DNA of 64,000 bases. Origin: Octopus sinensis. Taxonomy: Eukaryota. The notes below the pieces were generated by a model that saw only the letters and a list, made by a program, of their open reading frames with translations, was not told the origin of the DNA and made no database searches. Shown here one piece after another: positions 1-13,158 of this stretch (position 1 is its first letter; each line of letters starts with the position of its first letter). Both the position numbers and the translations under genes were made by a program. The stretch spans positions 164,238,001 through 164,302,000 of the forward strand of contig NC_042999.1 of the NCBI RefSeq assembly GCF_006345805.1, given 5' to 3'.

Positions 1-8
1 AGCCCAGC

Positions 9-34
9 CATGCTATGGCAACTCCAGCCAATCA
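9..34 (+). promoter_or_regulatory. RFX X-box-like motif followed by an NF-Y CCAAT box (possible promoter)
   Basis: CATGCTATGGCAAC (9-22; X-box consensus GTTGCYATGGCAAC) lies 3 nt before AGCCAATCA (26-34) in non-repetitive sequence. Short motifs, so chance is not excluded. Confidence 0.25.
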
Positions 35-603
35 AGATTTCTGGACAATAGAGTTAAAATAAGAACAGTAAAAAATAAGGGAAGAACAAATATCCGGTGC
101 CTGTGTTGATTTGTGGAGGGTGGGGGAGACCATCCCGAAATACAACATTATAGCTTTATTTTGTTTTGTTAATCATACATATGCAAAGTAAAGTTATAAA
201 TATCTTCTACTGCCTGTAATAATTCTTTTACTCTATTTTAATCTAATTCTTCTTCTGAATAGTATTAGAATAAAATAATCATCCATGTCTCATATTTAAT
301 GTAAATACTTTATGAAAAAGCAGATTTACTTGCAGTATTTGTCCAGAGGTAGTATCTCTTATGGGCTTGCTGTGTTTAAAAACATAAACTATTTTGGTAG
401 CTGTAAATTTCTTTTTTATTATATATTTACATTAAATATGATACACAGATAACTATTTATGTTGAGTTTTTACATTCCTCAGACATTAATATTAATTTAC
501 AAAAGTTTTAAATTATATTTTTAAAAATCCATTATTTACATAGATACGTTTTATGACATGAGTAAACAGTGGTGTATCATGCAATAACCATTCGTTCAGT
601 CAG

Positions 604-714
604 ATGGGAGGGATCGTCTTCTATGCAGACTTCCGAGAAGGAAGGAAGAGTTTGAATATATGTAACAGGATGGATTCTTTCAAAGACTCCCAAGGATCAG
701 GTGGTGGTATTAAA
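604..714 (+). CDS. Candidate 111-nt coding exon of an unidentified host gene
   Basis: ttcagtcag|ATG...ATTAAA|gtaagc. Only one forward frame is open (MGGIVFYADFREGRKSLNICNRMDSFKDSQGSGGGIK). No recognisable family. Confidence 0.25.
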
Positions 715-1439
715 GTAAGCAATCAATTATCTCTACTATCCAAGAATAATAACAAGTATAGCAGATCTGATGAGTTTCCACTCATTTTCTATCCACCCAA
801 CTACATTTACCTGGCTATGGTTTAAGGCCTTTCCAAACATACTAGGTAATATAATCAAATATCACTGGGGTAATTGTTAAGCACACTTTTTAATCACATG
901 ATGATGTATGTTGTCATAGTTTGATGGGAAAATTACTGAGTAAAATTATTTAGTGTAAACATCAAAAGAATGGGTGAAACTCAGTAGAGCAGGCTGATGA
1001 GAGGGTGGGGAGCGAGAAAAGAAGACAGAGAAAAGTAGTTTATCTAACTTTGGATTGTTTCTTTTCTTGTGGAACTTTCAGATTTGATCCAATTGTGATT
1101 AAAAGAAGAGGAACATGGTCATAACCTTTGTAAGCCCTCCATGACTAGAGGCTAAGGTAGCTGATGTTCATCTTAAACGTCTGCAAGTTGATTCCTGCTG
1201 CAGGTAACAAATTCCAGAGAACTGCATGTGTTAGGAAGAAGGAGGTGGGGAAACAGAATGTATGAGACAGTAAAAATGAGAAGAGACAGAAAAGTGGATG
1301 CATTCAATCCACACTGGTGAAATGAGTAGACAGCTAAATAAATCAGAGGGGCAGAAGTAATTACAGTAGTTAATAAAGGGGGGGAAATGCAGCAGACAGT
1401 ATTGTCTCATATATGTGAGCAGCTTATATGTCCTCCTCC

Positions 1440-1640
1440 TCTACATCCTCATCATTTAATGTCCATTTCTCATGCTGCATGGGTTGGATGGTTTGACAGG
1501 AGCTGGCAAACCAGGAAACTGTACTAGGCCTCACTGTCTGTTTTGACATGATTTTTACAGCCGGATGCCCTTCTTAATGCCAACCACTTTACAGTGAGAA
1601 CTGGATGCTTTATACATGGCATCAGCACTGGTGGAGTCAC
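1440..1640 (-). mobile_element. RTE-type 3' tail fragment
   Basis: Reverse complement of the shared tail (gtggttggcattaagaagggcatcc...aacccatgcagcatg...gatgat) seen on the RTE copies at 3009 and 33093. Confidence 0.6.
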
Positions 1641-2084
1641 TAAGCAAGTAACTCACAAAACGAAAATCCTTTGAGAGGTGGGTATTGGAGGTGGTGGCCT
1701 TGTACCAGGTGATGAGAGGTTAGAGAGGTGTCTTGTTGTAGAGGACAGATATGTCCGGAGAGTGAGAGCGGTGGTGGCCAGAGTAACAGCATAAGCATAT
1801 CAATGCACCCACTGACAACAGCAACAACAATAACAATAATAGAAGTGATGACAGTGATGACAACAGTGCTTCAAGCAGCAGAGACCACAATATCAAACGT
1901 TACAACAGTAGCAGTGGCAACTTTGCAGCTGGAAATGACCATTATGTCAGCAACACTGGAAGCAGCAGAATCACATTCAAGAAAAATCAGCCCTGGCAGC
2001 TACTCCAGCAATAACAACTGTGACAGCAGACCCAGGGTTAAAGAAACAAATATTGGTAGTGGCAGCACATCCAATACATTGGCA

Positions 2085-2665
2085 TGGAAACATGTTGGTT
2101 CAACTACACCCCCATTTAAGCAACGTCTGAACAATCATAAGTTCTCTTTCAGGATACCAGAAAGGCGCAACATCACATCCCATGCCAGCCATGTATGGCA
2201 TTTAAAAGTGGAAAGAATGCCATACATAATTAAATGGAAGCTCTTTGAACAACCAGGAACTTCTATAAATTAGAACAAATAATGTAAGCTTTACTTGGCT
2301 GAGAGGGCAAGAATTCTAAAAAACACACTCAACCTGAGGACCATGTTAAACTCCAGGAAAGAAGTATTCAGTCAATGCCCCCATCTAAAACATTTTCTAC
2401 ATCAGACTTGGAATTCCCCATTCGATGAATAGTCATGCCATAGCTCCTTCGAATATCACCATGGCTGGAACCCCATCCCACCTGCTTCACAAACAATTAT
2501 TTGTTGTTTACAAAATCAAATGACTGTTATATATTTCTTCCTCCATTTCTATAAAGGTTATGCACCCTCAGCCATTTGAGTCAAATGAGTCACCTATACT
2601 GCTAAGTGCATTATATGAGCAAACCCAATGGTCACTCTATGATCGGCCAAAACCGTTAACTTCCT

Positions 2666-2670
<5 letters not shown>
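2085..2670 (+). mobile_element. Penelope-like element 3' remnant (GIY-YIG endonuclease pseudogene plus 3' region)
   Basis: HVGSTTPPFKQRLNNHKFSF...HVWHLK...IKWKL..*NK*CKLYLAERARI...LNSRKEVFSQCPH fits the PLE GIY-YIG pattern (YxG, FKxRxxNH, CxLCLxEK, LNxRxE, CxH). Two in-frame stops. Confidence 0.75.
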
Positions 2671-2697
<27 letters not shown>

Positions 2698-2832
2698 TTA
2701 TATATTTTTATCTTTTGTCTCAAGTTCCTTTTGAGCTTTTCTAAGTGCAAACTTAACTTTGTGAGAGAATTTCTGATTAATCATATTCTTTTTCAAAACA
2801 ATTATATATATATATGTATCTATGTATATTTA

Positions 2833-4559
2833 CAAGGTGGTATCAAAAAGTTCCTGAACTAGTTATGTTTAATAAAAAAACAACTTATTTACCTAAGTTT
2901 TAACATCATCTTCTTCGAAATAGTCGCCTTGTGCAGCAATACACCAGTCCCAGCCTTCCTGCCACTTTTGGAATCTGGCCTGGAAGTCATTTTCTGTAAG
3001 CAAGTATTCATACTCGACAGAGTGTAAGTACCTTGAGAGAAAAGCTGGACCTAAGAAGCATCAGATGTGGTGTGCAAGAGAGACGTTTGCGCTGGTATGG
3101 ACATGTGGCGAGAATGGATGAAGATAGTTGTGTGAAAAAGTGCCACACCCTAGCGGTTGAGGGAACCTGTGGAAGAGGCAGACCCAGGAAAACCTGGGAC
3201 GAGGTGGTGAAGCACGACCTTTGAACTTTAGGTCTCACTGAGGAAATGACTAGAGACCGAGACCTCTGGAAGTATGCTGTGCGTGAGAAGACCCAGCAGG
3301 ACAAGTGAGACCATAACCCGTGGCCTTCTACATGGGATGTAGCCAGCCCACTTATGCACACCTTCCCTTCTTGGGACACAAAACTCTACTTGTGAAAACC
3401 TGTTGAGGCAAGTGAGAATCAGAATCGAAATCGATCAATGGAAATTGCAGCTGAGTTACCAGTGCCGGTGGCACGTAAGAGAACCATCTGAATGTGGCCG
3501 TTGCCAGCACCGCCCCAACTGGCCTCGTGCTGGTGGCACGTAAAAAGCACCATCCGTTCGTGGCCGTTGCCAGCGCCGCCCCGACTGGCCTCGTGCCGGT
3601 GGCACATAAAAAGCACCATCCGATCGTGGCCGCTTGCCAGACTCGTCTGGCACCTGTGCCGGTGGCACGTAAAAAGCAACCACTACACTCATGGAGTGGT
3701 TGGCGTTAGGAAGGGCATCCAGCCGTAGAAACATTGCCAGATCAAACTGGGCCTGGTGCAGCCTTCTGGCTTCCCAGACCCCAGTTGAACCGTCCAACCC
3801 ATGCTAGCATGGAAAGCGGACGCTAAACGATGATGATGATGAGTCAAGGACCTTCTATGATTTGCTCTTGGTCTTCACAACAGTGTTAAAAAAGTGACCT
3901 TTGAGCTGCATTTTCATTTTGGGGAAGAAATGGAAGTCTGCAGCTGCTAAATCTGGCAAATAGAGTGGGTGTGGAAGCGATGGCATGTTGTTTTTGGCAG
4001 GAAACTCATGAGTGAGGAGAGCTTAGTGACAGGGAGCTTTGTTACTGTGAAGAATTAAATTCTTTGTGCTTCACAGATCCGGTCATTTTTGCTAAATATC
4101 CTCCCTCAAATGTTTCAAAACATTACAGTAGAACACTCAATTGATTGTCAGGCTCTGGAGGGCAAACTCTCGATGCACAATACCACAGATGTCAGGAAAA
4201 ACGATGAGTGTGCTTTTGATTGAGCTACAATTCTATCGTGTACCTGTGCCACTTGAAACATTGTCTACGACCCATTGTCCCCTTGCTGTAAGCTTGTCAA
4301 TACATACTCAATGTCTCTTTAGCAGACTTCTGAAGTTGGTTCTTTTGTTCCAACTGCCTGTACACGACAAAAATCGCAGATTACAACACACACATGATCA
4401 CAAAACCACAAATTTCCCAATTTGTGAAGTGAACACAGGGATATCACTTGGCACACAGCCTCATGAAACTCACTATTAGCTCTCACTCTGCACACAACTG
4501 TGTGCTGCCATCTGTTGGTGCACTGCAGAACCTGTCCAGGAATTTTTGATCCCACCTTG
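2833..4559 (-). mobile_element. Mariner DNA transposon fossil interrupted by an RTE insertion
   Basis: TA|CAAGGTGGTATCAAAAAGTTCC ... GGAATTTTTGATCCCACCTTG|TA TIRs with TA TSD. Minus-strand remnants HPLYLPDLAAADF (YSPDLAP motif) and WCIAAQGDYFE. Confidence 0.85.
3009..3841 (+). mobile_element. 5'-truncated RTE LINE (RT C-terminus, 3' UTR with about 3.5 minisatellite units, (GAT)n tail)
   Basis: ORF 3033-3224 RRLRWYGHVARM...GRGRPRKTW. Tail CCATGCTAGCATGG palindrome then (GAT)n. Same family as 33093-35620. Confidence 0.9.
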
Positions 4560-4586
4560 TATATATATTTATGTGAGTGTGTGTGT

Positions 4587-4620
<34 letters not shown>

Positions 4621-4703
4621 TGGCAGCAAAAGAATGAATGAGACCTTGATATTATGCAAAATAAAGGAATTTATCTATAAATATAATAGGTAACAATTAG
4701 TGG

Positions 4704-4778
4704 TTGTCATAATAAAACTCAGAGTTTCGAATACTGGGGCTGAAGTCTGCTCTGGCTTCTCATCAGTTATTAAGACAA
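4704..4778 (-). ncRNA. Type I hammerhead ribozyme (PLE type)
   Basis: Minus strand TTGTC-T-TAATAA CTGATGA GAA..TTC GAAA CTCTGAG T T TTATTA-T-GACAA. Intact core, 11-bp stem I with one mismatch, quasi-palindromic stem III, GUU triplet. Confidence 0.75.
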
Positions 4779-4783
4779 AACCT

Positions 4784-4784
<1 letters not shown>

Positions 4785-4814
<30 letters not shown>

Positions 4815-7809
4815 CTATGCATGTATGTATGTATATATAGATAGATATGTATATATATATGATGTCATATGAGGGATTACAAAGGATTGTGAGTTCTAGC
4901 ATATGTAGAAATATTGATTTGTGTGTTATTCTTGAGCAGAGAGTGTTAGATATGTGTTGTTTATGTGTAGAATGGAAGAGATTCAAGACAGCAGTGTTGT
5001 ATTGGTGTTTATTTATATCACTTTCAGTACAAAGAAGAGTAATCAATGATATTGTGGATAATCAAATTCTGATGAGGCTGGCTTTGCCTTTCATCCTTTC
5101 AGGGTCAATAAAATAATAAGAACCAGTTGTGCCAAAATTTGAAACCAATATTGTTGCAGATTATTATCATTGTTGTTGTTGGTTGTGTGGTGATGATGAT
5201 GAAGACAACAATGACTGTGATGATGATTATGTTGATGAAGATGATGAGCGCATCAACAGTGGCAGTCGTGGTGGTGGCAGTGGCAGCAGTGTTAGTGGTA
5301 GTGGAGGTTCATGGCTTAGTAGTTCGGGTGTTGGACTCATGATTCTAAAATTGTGGTTTCAATTCTTGGACTGGGGGATGCATTGTGTTTTTGAGCAAAA
5401 CATTTCATTTCTTGTTGCTCCAGTCCACTTCGCTGACAAAATCGAGTAATCCTGCAAAAGACCAGCATCCCATCCAGGTGAGGTATATATACACCATGAA
5501 ACTTGGAAACCAGCCCTTATGAGTCGGTCTGACTCAAAAAGGTAGTTTTACCAAACTTTTTTAGTGTTAGTGGTAACAGCAGCAGTGGTGACAGGAGCAG
5601 CAATGGCAGTAGCAGTAGCCTCAGCAGTAGCAGCAGTGCTAGTAGCTGCAGTAATCAGCAGCAGCGGCAGCAGTAATTGCGGCAGTAGCAGCAACAGCAA
5701 CAGCAGCAGTGGCAGCAGTAGTAGTGGTGGTGGTGGTAGTAATGATGTCACTAATAATCGTCATCAACAACAATAGCAACAGCTGCCACAACAAGAAAAA
5801 TAAAAACAACAACAACAATAACAACATCTACAGGATGTACGAATGTTCTCATGTGATAAGAACAGTGAATAACCAATGACCAATGAGTTGCTAAATGTGT
5901 GTCTTTTAGGGAGAGAAGAGACTGGAAGCACCTCAAGTGTCATCACATCAACCACTTTAATGCTAGCAACATCAAAAAACAAACAAAAAAAAACGCCACC
6001 ACCACCACCATCAAAAACAATGACAACAGCAAAAGAAGCTTCACTGCTCTACACTCCTCTCCAAGTAATGTTTCCCTTATTAGATGAGTAAACTAAGTTA
6101 AAAGTGTTAGTCTTAAAAATACTGCAAGTTTGGAATGTTGCTATTTTGTTGTATAAATTCATGAGCACAGGCAGGACTCTGTGGTAAGAAGCTTGCTTCC
6201 CAACCACGGGGTTCTGGGAACAGTTCCACCGTGGAAGCAGGACCACCAAAGGCTTATGAGTGGATTTGGTAGAAAGACACCTGTTGTACGTATACATATA
6301 TATGTGTGTGTGTGTGGTGTGTGTGTGTCTATGCATGTATGTATGTATATATAGATAGATATGTATATATATATGATGTCATATGAGGGATTACAAAGGA
6401 TTGTGAGTTCTAGCATATGTAGAAATATTGATTTGTGTGTTATTCTTGAGCAGAGAGTGTTAGATATGTGTTGTTTATGTGTAGAATGGAAGAGATTCAA
6501 GACAGCAGTGTTGTATTGGTGTTTATTTATATCACTTTCAGTACAAAGAAGAGTAATCAATGATATTGTGGATAATCAAATTCTGATGAGGCTGGCTTTG
6601 CCTTTCATCCTTTCAGGGTCAATAAAATAATAAGAACCAGTTGTGCCAAAATTTGAAACCAATATTGTTGCAGATTATTATCATTGTTGTTGTTGGTTGT
6701 GTGGTGATGATGATGAAGACAACAATGACTGTGATGATGATTATGTTGATGAAGATGATGAGCGCATCAACAGTGGCAGTCGTGGTGGTGGCAGTGGCAG
6801 CAGTGTTAGTGGTAGTGGAGGTTCATGGCTTAGTAGTTCGGGTGTTGGACTCATGATTCTAAAATTGTGGTTTCAATTCTTGGACTGGGGGATGCATTGT
6901 GTTTTTGAGCAAAACATTTCATTTCTTGTTGCTCCAGTCCACTTCGCTGACAAAATCGAGTAATCCTGCAAAAGACCAGCATCCCATCCAGGTGAGGTAT
7001 ATATACACCATGAAACTTGGAAACCAGCCCTTATGAGTCGGTCTGACTCAAAAAGGTAGTTTTACCAAACTTTTTTAGTGTTAGTGGTAACAGCAGCAGT
7101 GGTGACAGGAGCAGCAATGGCAGTAGCAGTAGCCTCAGCAGTAGCAGCAGTGCTAGTAGCTGCAGTAATCAGCAGCAGCGGCAGCAGTAATTGCGGCAGT
7201 AGCAGCAACAGCAACAGCAGCAGTGGCAGCAGTAGTAGTGGTGGTGGTGGTAGTAATGATGTCACTAATAATCGTCATCAACAACAATAGCAACAGCTGC
7301 CACAACAAGAAAAATAAAAACAACAACAACAATAACAACATCTACAGGATGTACGAATGTTCTCATGTGATAAGAACAGTGAATAACCAATGACCAATGA
7401 GTTGCTAAATGTGTGTCTTTTAGGGAGAGAAGAGACTGGAAGCACCTCAAGTGTCATCACATCAACCACTTTAATGCTAGCAACATCAAAAAACAAACAA
7501 AAAAAAACGCCACCACCACCACCATCAAAAACAATGACAACAGCAAAAGAAGCTTCACTGCTCTACACTCCTCTCCAAGTAATGTTTCCCTTATTAGATG
7601 AGTAAACTAAGTTAAAAGTGTTAGTCTTAAAAATACTGCAAGTTTGGAATGTTGCTATTTTGTTGTATAAATTCATGAGCACAGGCAGGACTCTGTGGTA
7701 AGAAGCTTGCTTCCCAACCACGGGGTTCTGGGAACAGTTCCACCGTGGAAGCAGGACCACCAAAGGCTTATGAGTGGATTTGGTAGAAAGACACCTGTTG
7801 TACGTATAC

Positions 7810-7812
<3 letters not shown>
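4785..7812. repeat. Near-identical tandem duplication, 1514 bp period
   Basis: Identical ORF pairs offset by 1514 (4847/6361, 5129/6643, 5876/7390). Each boundary is a (TA)n(TG)n tract. Confidence 0.95.
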
Positions 7813-7845
<33 letters not shown>

Positions 7846-8345
7846 CTGTCTGTTCACTCCCAACCCATCCTTGACAACCGGTGCTGGTGTGTTTATGTTC
7901 CTGTAACTTAGTGGTTCAGTATCAAGATCAATAGAATAAGTACTTGCGCTGGTGGCATGCGAAAAAACATTCGAATCGAGGTTATTGCCAGTGCCGCCGG
8001 ACTGGCTCCTGTGCAGGTGGCACGTAAAAAACACCATTTGAGCATGGCTATTGCCAGTACCGCCTGACTGGCCCTCGTGCCGTTGGCACATAAAAGCACC
8101 CACTACACTCTCGGAATGGTTGGCATTAAGAAGGGCATCCAGTGTAGAAACTCTGCCAGATCAGATTGGAGTCTGGTGCAGCCATCTGGTTCGCCAGACC
8201 TCAGTCAAAGCATCTAACCCATGCCAGCATGGAAAGCAACCGTTAAACAATGATGATGATGATGATGATGCTGACACATTTAACTAAAACTTCTTCAGGG
8301 TGGTACCCCAGCATGGTTGGAGTCTAATGACTGAAACAAAATAAA
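7680..8345 (+). mobile_element. tRNA-derived SINE with a nested RTE-type tail (about 7945-8270)
   Basis: SINE head and body to gaataagtact, then minisatellite units, RTE tail and (GAT)n, then the SINE tail cagcatgg...tgactgaaacaa resumes. Confidence 0.7.
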
Positions 8346-9249
8346 AAAATATATAAGGCACAGATATGGTTGTATGGTTAAGAAGTTCCGGTGGTTTTCA
8401 GTAGTGGATGTTCAGTCCCATAACATGACACCTTGAGCAAGAGTCTTCTGCTTTAGTCCCAGGCTAACCAAAGTCTTGTAAGTGGTAGACAGAAACTGAA
8501 AGTCTGTCTTACACACACGACTGCTCTCCAACCCTCGTAGAAAGGCTGGAGAATGTTCTACTAACTCTTCTAGGTGGGCAATAACTGAAATACTATACTA
8601 AAGGTAACATCATTTCCATGACAAGGCAAAAGGGTCTTCTTAGCCTTATATCGTGCCTGCTCATTTGCTGACCCCTTTAAAGAGAGTACTGGGTGGATTT
8701 CATTGTAGCATCATCATTGGTGAGGGTTGCCTTTTCATAAGGAAAAATTAACTCAACTGGAACATGAACAACACTGTATGACATTACACACCTTAATGCA
8801 TTCCTGTACACTTGACCCTACGCTACAATATACATTAGATCTGTACCTCTCATAGATTAGGGGCCTGGATAACTGGGATGGGACTGTGAGGATTGAAAAG
8901 GAGGTGAATAATATCATATTTAATAAAGTTTTGATTGTTTTCAAGTTTTTAACTTGTCTGACACCATGGCATAAAAAGAAGGATTCTTCATTTTTCATCA
9001 TTATTTTGATGCTCACTTCTCTTTGCTTGCATGGGTTGAATGGAGTTTATAGAAGTAATTTTTCTGCAGCTGGATGGTAATATTTCTCCTTGGCCAAACA
9101 TGTTCTTGTAGAATATATTGGAAATAAACAACACTGCTTGTATGACAGTAACAACCATTTTCAGCTACCGCATGATGTCAGGATAAGAAGACACAAACAC
9201 AATGTGTTATACATATTATATATATGTATATATATATATATATATATAC

Positions 9250-9295
<46 letters not shown>

Positions 9296-9434
9296 CACAT
9301 ATATATAATATGTACAAAGAAAATTTTATCTCTATTTTAGATCACATCTTAAAGATCCAACAATTGTTTCAATTGCATTAACATACACACACACATGTAT
9401 AGTTATATATACACATATACATACATACATACAT

Positions 9435-9479
<45 letters not shown>

Positions 9480-9494
9480 GGTGTGTGTGTGTGT

Positions 9495-9815
9495 GTGCCG
9501 GTGGCACATTAAAGGCACCATTCGAGCGTGATCATTACCAGTGTCACCATACTGGCACTTATGCTGGTGACACGTGAAAAACATTTGAGCGAGGTCGTTG
9601 CCAGTGCTGCTGGACTGGCTCCTGTGCAGGTGGTACGTAAAAAACACCAGTTGAACATTGCCGTTGCCAGTACCGCCTGACTGGCCCTCATACCGGTGGC
9701 ACGTAAAAGCACCCACTACATTCTCGGAGTGGTTGGCATTAGGAAGGGCATCCAGCTGTAGAAACTCTGCCAGATCAGATTGGAACCTGGTGCAGCCATC
9801 TGGTTTACCAGTCCT
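9495..9815 (+). mobile_element. RTE-type 3' UTR fragment with minisatellite units
   Basis: About four ggtggcacgtaaaa units followed by cccactaca...ggaagggcatccagc. Abuts the minus-strand RTE tail to tail. Confidence 0.75.
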
Positions 9816-12800
9816 CAGTTAAATATTTTAAATCCAGGTTTGTCACCGTTAATGAGGGTGGATGTCTCTACCTCACTCTTACAGCAACCATTCTCACACC
9901 ATCTTGCCATCTCACCTGGTTTTGGGTGGACTCCCTCCTCAAAATAACCCTCCCAATCTCCTCCTCTACCTGTCTCCTCCATGTTTTCTTTGGTCGACCT
10001 TGCTTTCATGACTTATTTACTTTAAACTCAAGCACTCTCCTCAAAACCTGATCCTCATCTCTCCTCAACACATGTCCAAACCACTGCACTCCATTCACCC
10101 TTGCCAGCTGTTCCACCAATTCCTCCAACTCCAGCATCCCCAGCAAGTCCTCAACCCTCCTTTTATCCAATAGTTTCACACATCACTCTCACCATTGCCA
10201 TCTCTCTCTCTCCCTCAGACACCATGTCTCACTCTCATACAGCATTGCAGATCTCACACAACTCCCATAAACCCTTCCTTTCATTTTCAAGGAGAACCTT
10301 TTCCCATATAATAGTGCTCCATATTCCCTGAACTTCACCCAGCCAAGTCTCGCTCTTGCTGTCACAACTGCTTCACATCCACCCTATCTCCCAAATAACA
10401 AAATCCTCCCACTGTTCCATCTCTTCACATAGCGTTTCCACTGGTTCTCCTATCTTCCCCAAATAAAATCTCTCGCCAGTTTTGGGATCACCTTTTTCAT
10501 TTTTGTACATCTACCATGAATCCATTCCCCACATTTCGTACACAACACTGCCTTTTCCATTACCCCACTCCCACACACAGCACATGGATCCACCTTACTC
10601 ACTAACACTTCTCCTTCCACCCCACTCACCATCACCTTTGTCTTCCCGAGGTTTACCTTCAAACCCTTGCTTTCAAACGCCTCCTTCCATTTCTAAAACC
10701 TATCCCTCAATCCCTCCATCATCTCACTCATCAGAACAAGGTCATCCACAAACAGTATCTCCACCATCAATCCCTCTCTTGCACTCTCTGTCACCACATC
10801 AACCACTGTTGCAAATAACGACAGTGACAACACAGATCCCTGATGCACACCAACTTTCACTGCAAACTCCTCCCACAGCTCTGATCCAACTCTAACTTTT
10901 GTCTTTACCCCTTCATACAAACTCATCACTCTACCCCTTCATACAAACTCTTCCTCAATGCCCAATCAATTACCTTCCTTGGAACCCTATCAAATGCCTT
11001 CTCCAGATCAACGAAGCACATGTACAACTTCTCCTTATCTCGGTGTTCCTCTTGCAATCTCCTAACAATGAACCCTGCATCTCTTGTACCCTTTCCTGGC
11101 ATAAAACCAAATTGCATCTCGTCCACCTCTACTGTTTTCTGAATTCTCTTCTCCAACATCCTTTCCACAATCTTCATTGCATGCTCCAATAACTTCACTC
11201 CCCTATATGCCCCACAACTCATTGCATCCCCCTTTCCCTTGAAGATCTGTACCACCACACTTAGTGCCCAATCATCTGGCATTCCTCCCCCACCCAGCAC
11301 ACCCTGGCAGAGCTCCACCATCACAACAATCCCTCTCTCTCCACTTGCAGTTATCACATCCACACTTACTTCTGATGGACCAGCTGCCCTTTCCTGTTTT
11401 CATTTCCTTCATTGTCTTAACTACTTCTTCCCGACTAACCCTCTCCACTGGCCCCTTCACTACAACAGCTTCCACTCTCTGATTCCATTCATTCTCCTCA
11501 TTCATAATTCCCTCCATATGCTCTTTCCAAACTCTTACCCTGTCCTTCTCACCAACATTCAACCTTCCATCTTCCTCCTTCAACATCTCTTCCATCTTTC
11601 TTCATTGATTTCATAAAGCTAAACTCTCTATGTGGCTTCTCATCCATCCTTCCTCTTAGATCTCGCAACCACCCTCTTTGCACGATTCTCCATCTTATTA
11701 TACCTGGCTTTCATTTGCTCAGTTCTATTATTACATGAAGCTTTGTATGCCTCCTTCTTTCTCGTTATCGCATCCCTCACCTCCTCATTCCACCACCATG
11801 CATCTCCTCCTCGACCTCTCCTACCCTCCGTCCTTCCACACACTTCATCACATGCCTTTAGCACCCCTTCTTTAAAAGACTTCCACAAATCTGGTGAATC
11901 AACCCTTACCAACTCCCCAACTCTCTCCTCAAACCTTGCTCTTGTTTCTTCTTCCTTCACTCTCCACACCTTTCTCCTCTCAACCGTTCCCTTTCTCACA
12001 CACTTTTTAACTTACCTCTTATCCAAGTCAGCAACCACCAACCTGTGCTGCGACTCCCCTGGTATTGTCTTCACATCTCTCAGATACTTTCTGTTTTTCC
12101 TGCCAACCAACATGGAATCAATCTCTCTCTCATTCTCTCCTGCACTGAAAGTCACCTTCCTTTTCTCCATTTTCCTAAACTATGTATTCACCATACACAA
12201 CTCTTTCTCATCAGAAAACTCCAACAGCATCCTTCCATCCAAATTTCTCTCCCCAATTCCATTTCCCCCCTGTACACCCTCAAAGCCCTGGATCCATTTC
12301 CCAACATGTCCATTAAAATCACCCAAACCCAAAACCAATTCATCTATCCTACTTGCCATTTCATCAAAGAACAGCTCCATCTCTACGATTCCTTTTCCAC
12401 TTCTTCCTCAAATGCTAATACTACTCATTATTTTGTCACTCTTTCTCTTGACCTCCACTACCTTCTCATAAATTTCTTCCTTCACCAAAATTCCCTCACC
12501 TCCACTACCTCACAACCACAACTTGTACCTTCTTCCCTTGACCCTCACAAATCTTGCACCCTGGCCCCTCCACACAGCACACATCCACCCTTCTCTTCCT
12601 CAATTCCTCACACACCTCAGTTCCCATTCCACACAGACTGCCCATATTCCAACTTTCCAACCTCACCCCAAGCTTATCCTTAGGCCGTTGGCCATTATAA
12701 GGCAAGTCATGCTTGTGAGACCCAAAATGAGGGTTTGCACTTTCCTTTTTGAGGTAGGCAGATGCAGCCCACCCCAACCTTTGGGCTGGCTGGTGGTCAT

Positions 12801-12830
12801 GCTTCTTTGCTACAGTCATGAGGCTTTTTT
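9815..12830 (-). mobile_element. Near full-length degraded RTE LINE of a second family (APE + RT pseudogene)
   Basis: Minus-strand ORF fragments LGDFNGHVG (APE), WWWNEEV, YRGVKLL, QFGFMPGKGT, FVDLEKAFDRVPR, GVHQGSVLS, LFVDDLVL. Many frameshifts. Confidence 0.9.
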
Positions 12831-13158
12831 GGAGCTAGACTTTCTATGTGTGTACACATTCACTCTCTCTCTCACTCACACACACATATATATGTATATA
12901 TATATAAAGTTAAATAGGTATCATTACCATTATCAATAATAATAATGATGATAATAATAAAGTGGCTAGTAAGTTTACACCTTTATAGGTAAAATATAAA
13001 CAAAATTCAGTAAGGTATTAAAAAAACCATTTGCTATAAACAGAGCTATCACTCTAAACCACGAATTACTCTCTTTTATAATACACACAGTGGATGCCAC
13101 AAACATAACAGAAAAAGGCTTATCTTGTATGAACTAGAGAAGTAAGGAATGTGTATAT

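Noticed and set aside
1728-2273. 181-aa ORF as a real gene
   Set aside because: Chance fusion of a trinucleotide-rich tract with a stop-interrupted PLE GIY-YIG remnant. It begins at GTG.
2587-2637. Hammerhead downstream of the GIY-YIG remnant
   Set aside because: CTGCTAA and GCAAA deviate at several core positions, and stem I needs an 8-nt insertion.
5127-7605. Asp-, Ser/Gly- and Ala/Val-rich ORFs in the duplicated unit
   Set aside because: They are translations of (GAT)n, (GCA)n and (GGT)n tracts mixed with SINE fragments, open in several frames on both strands.
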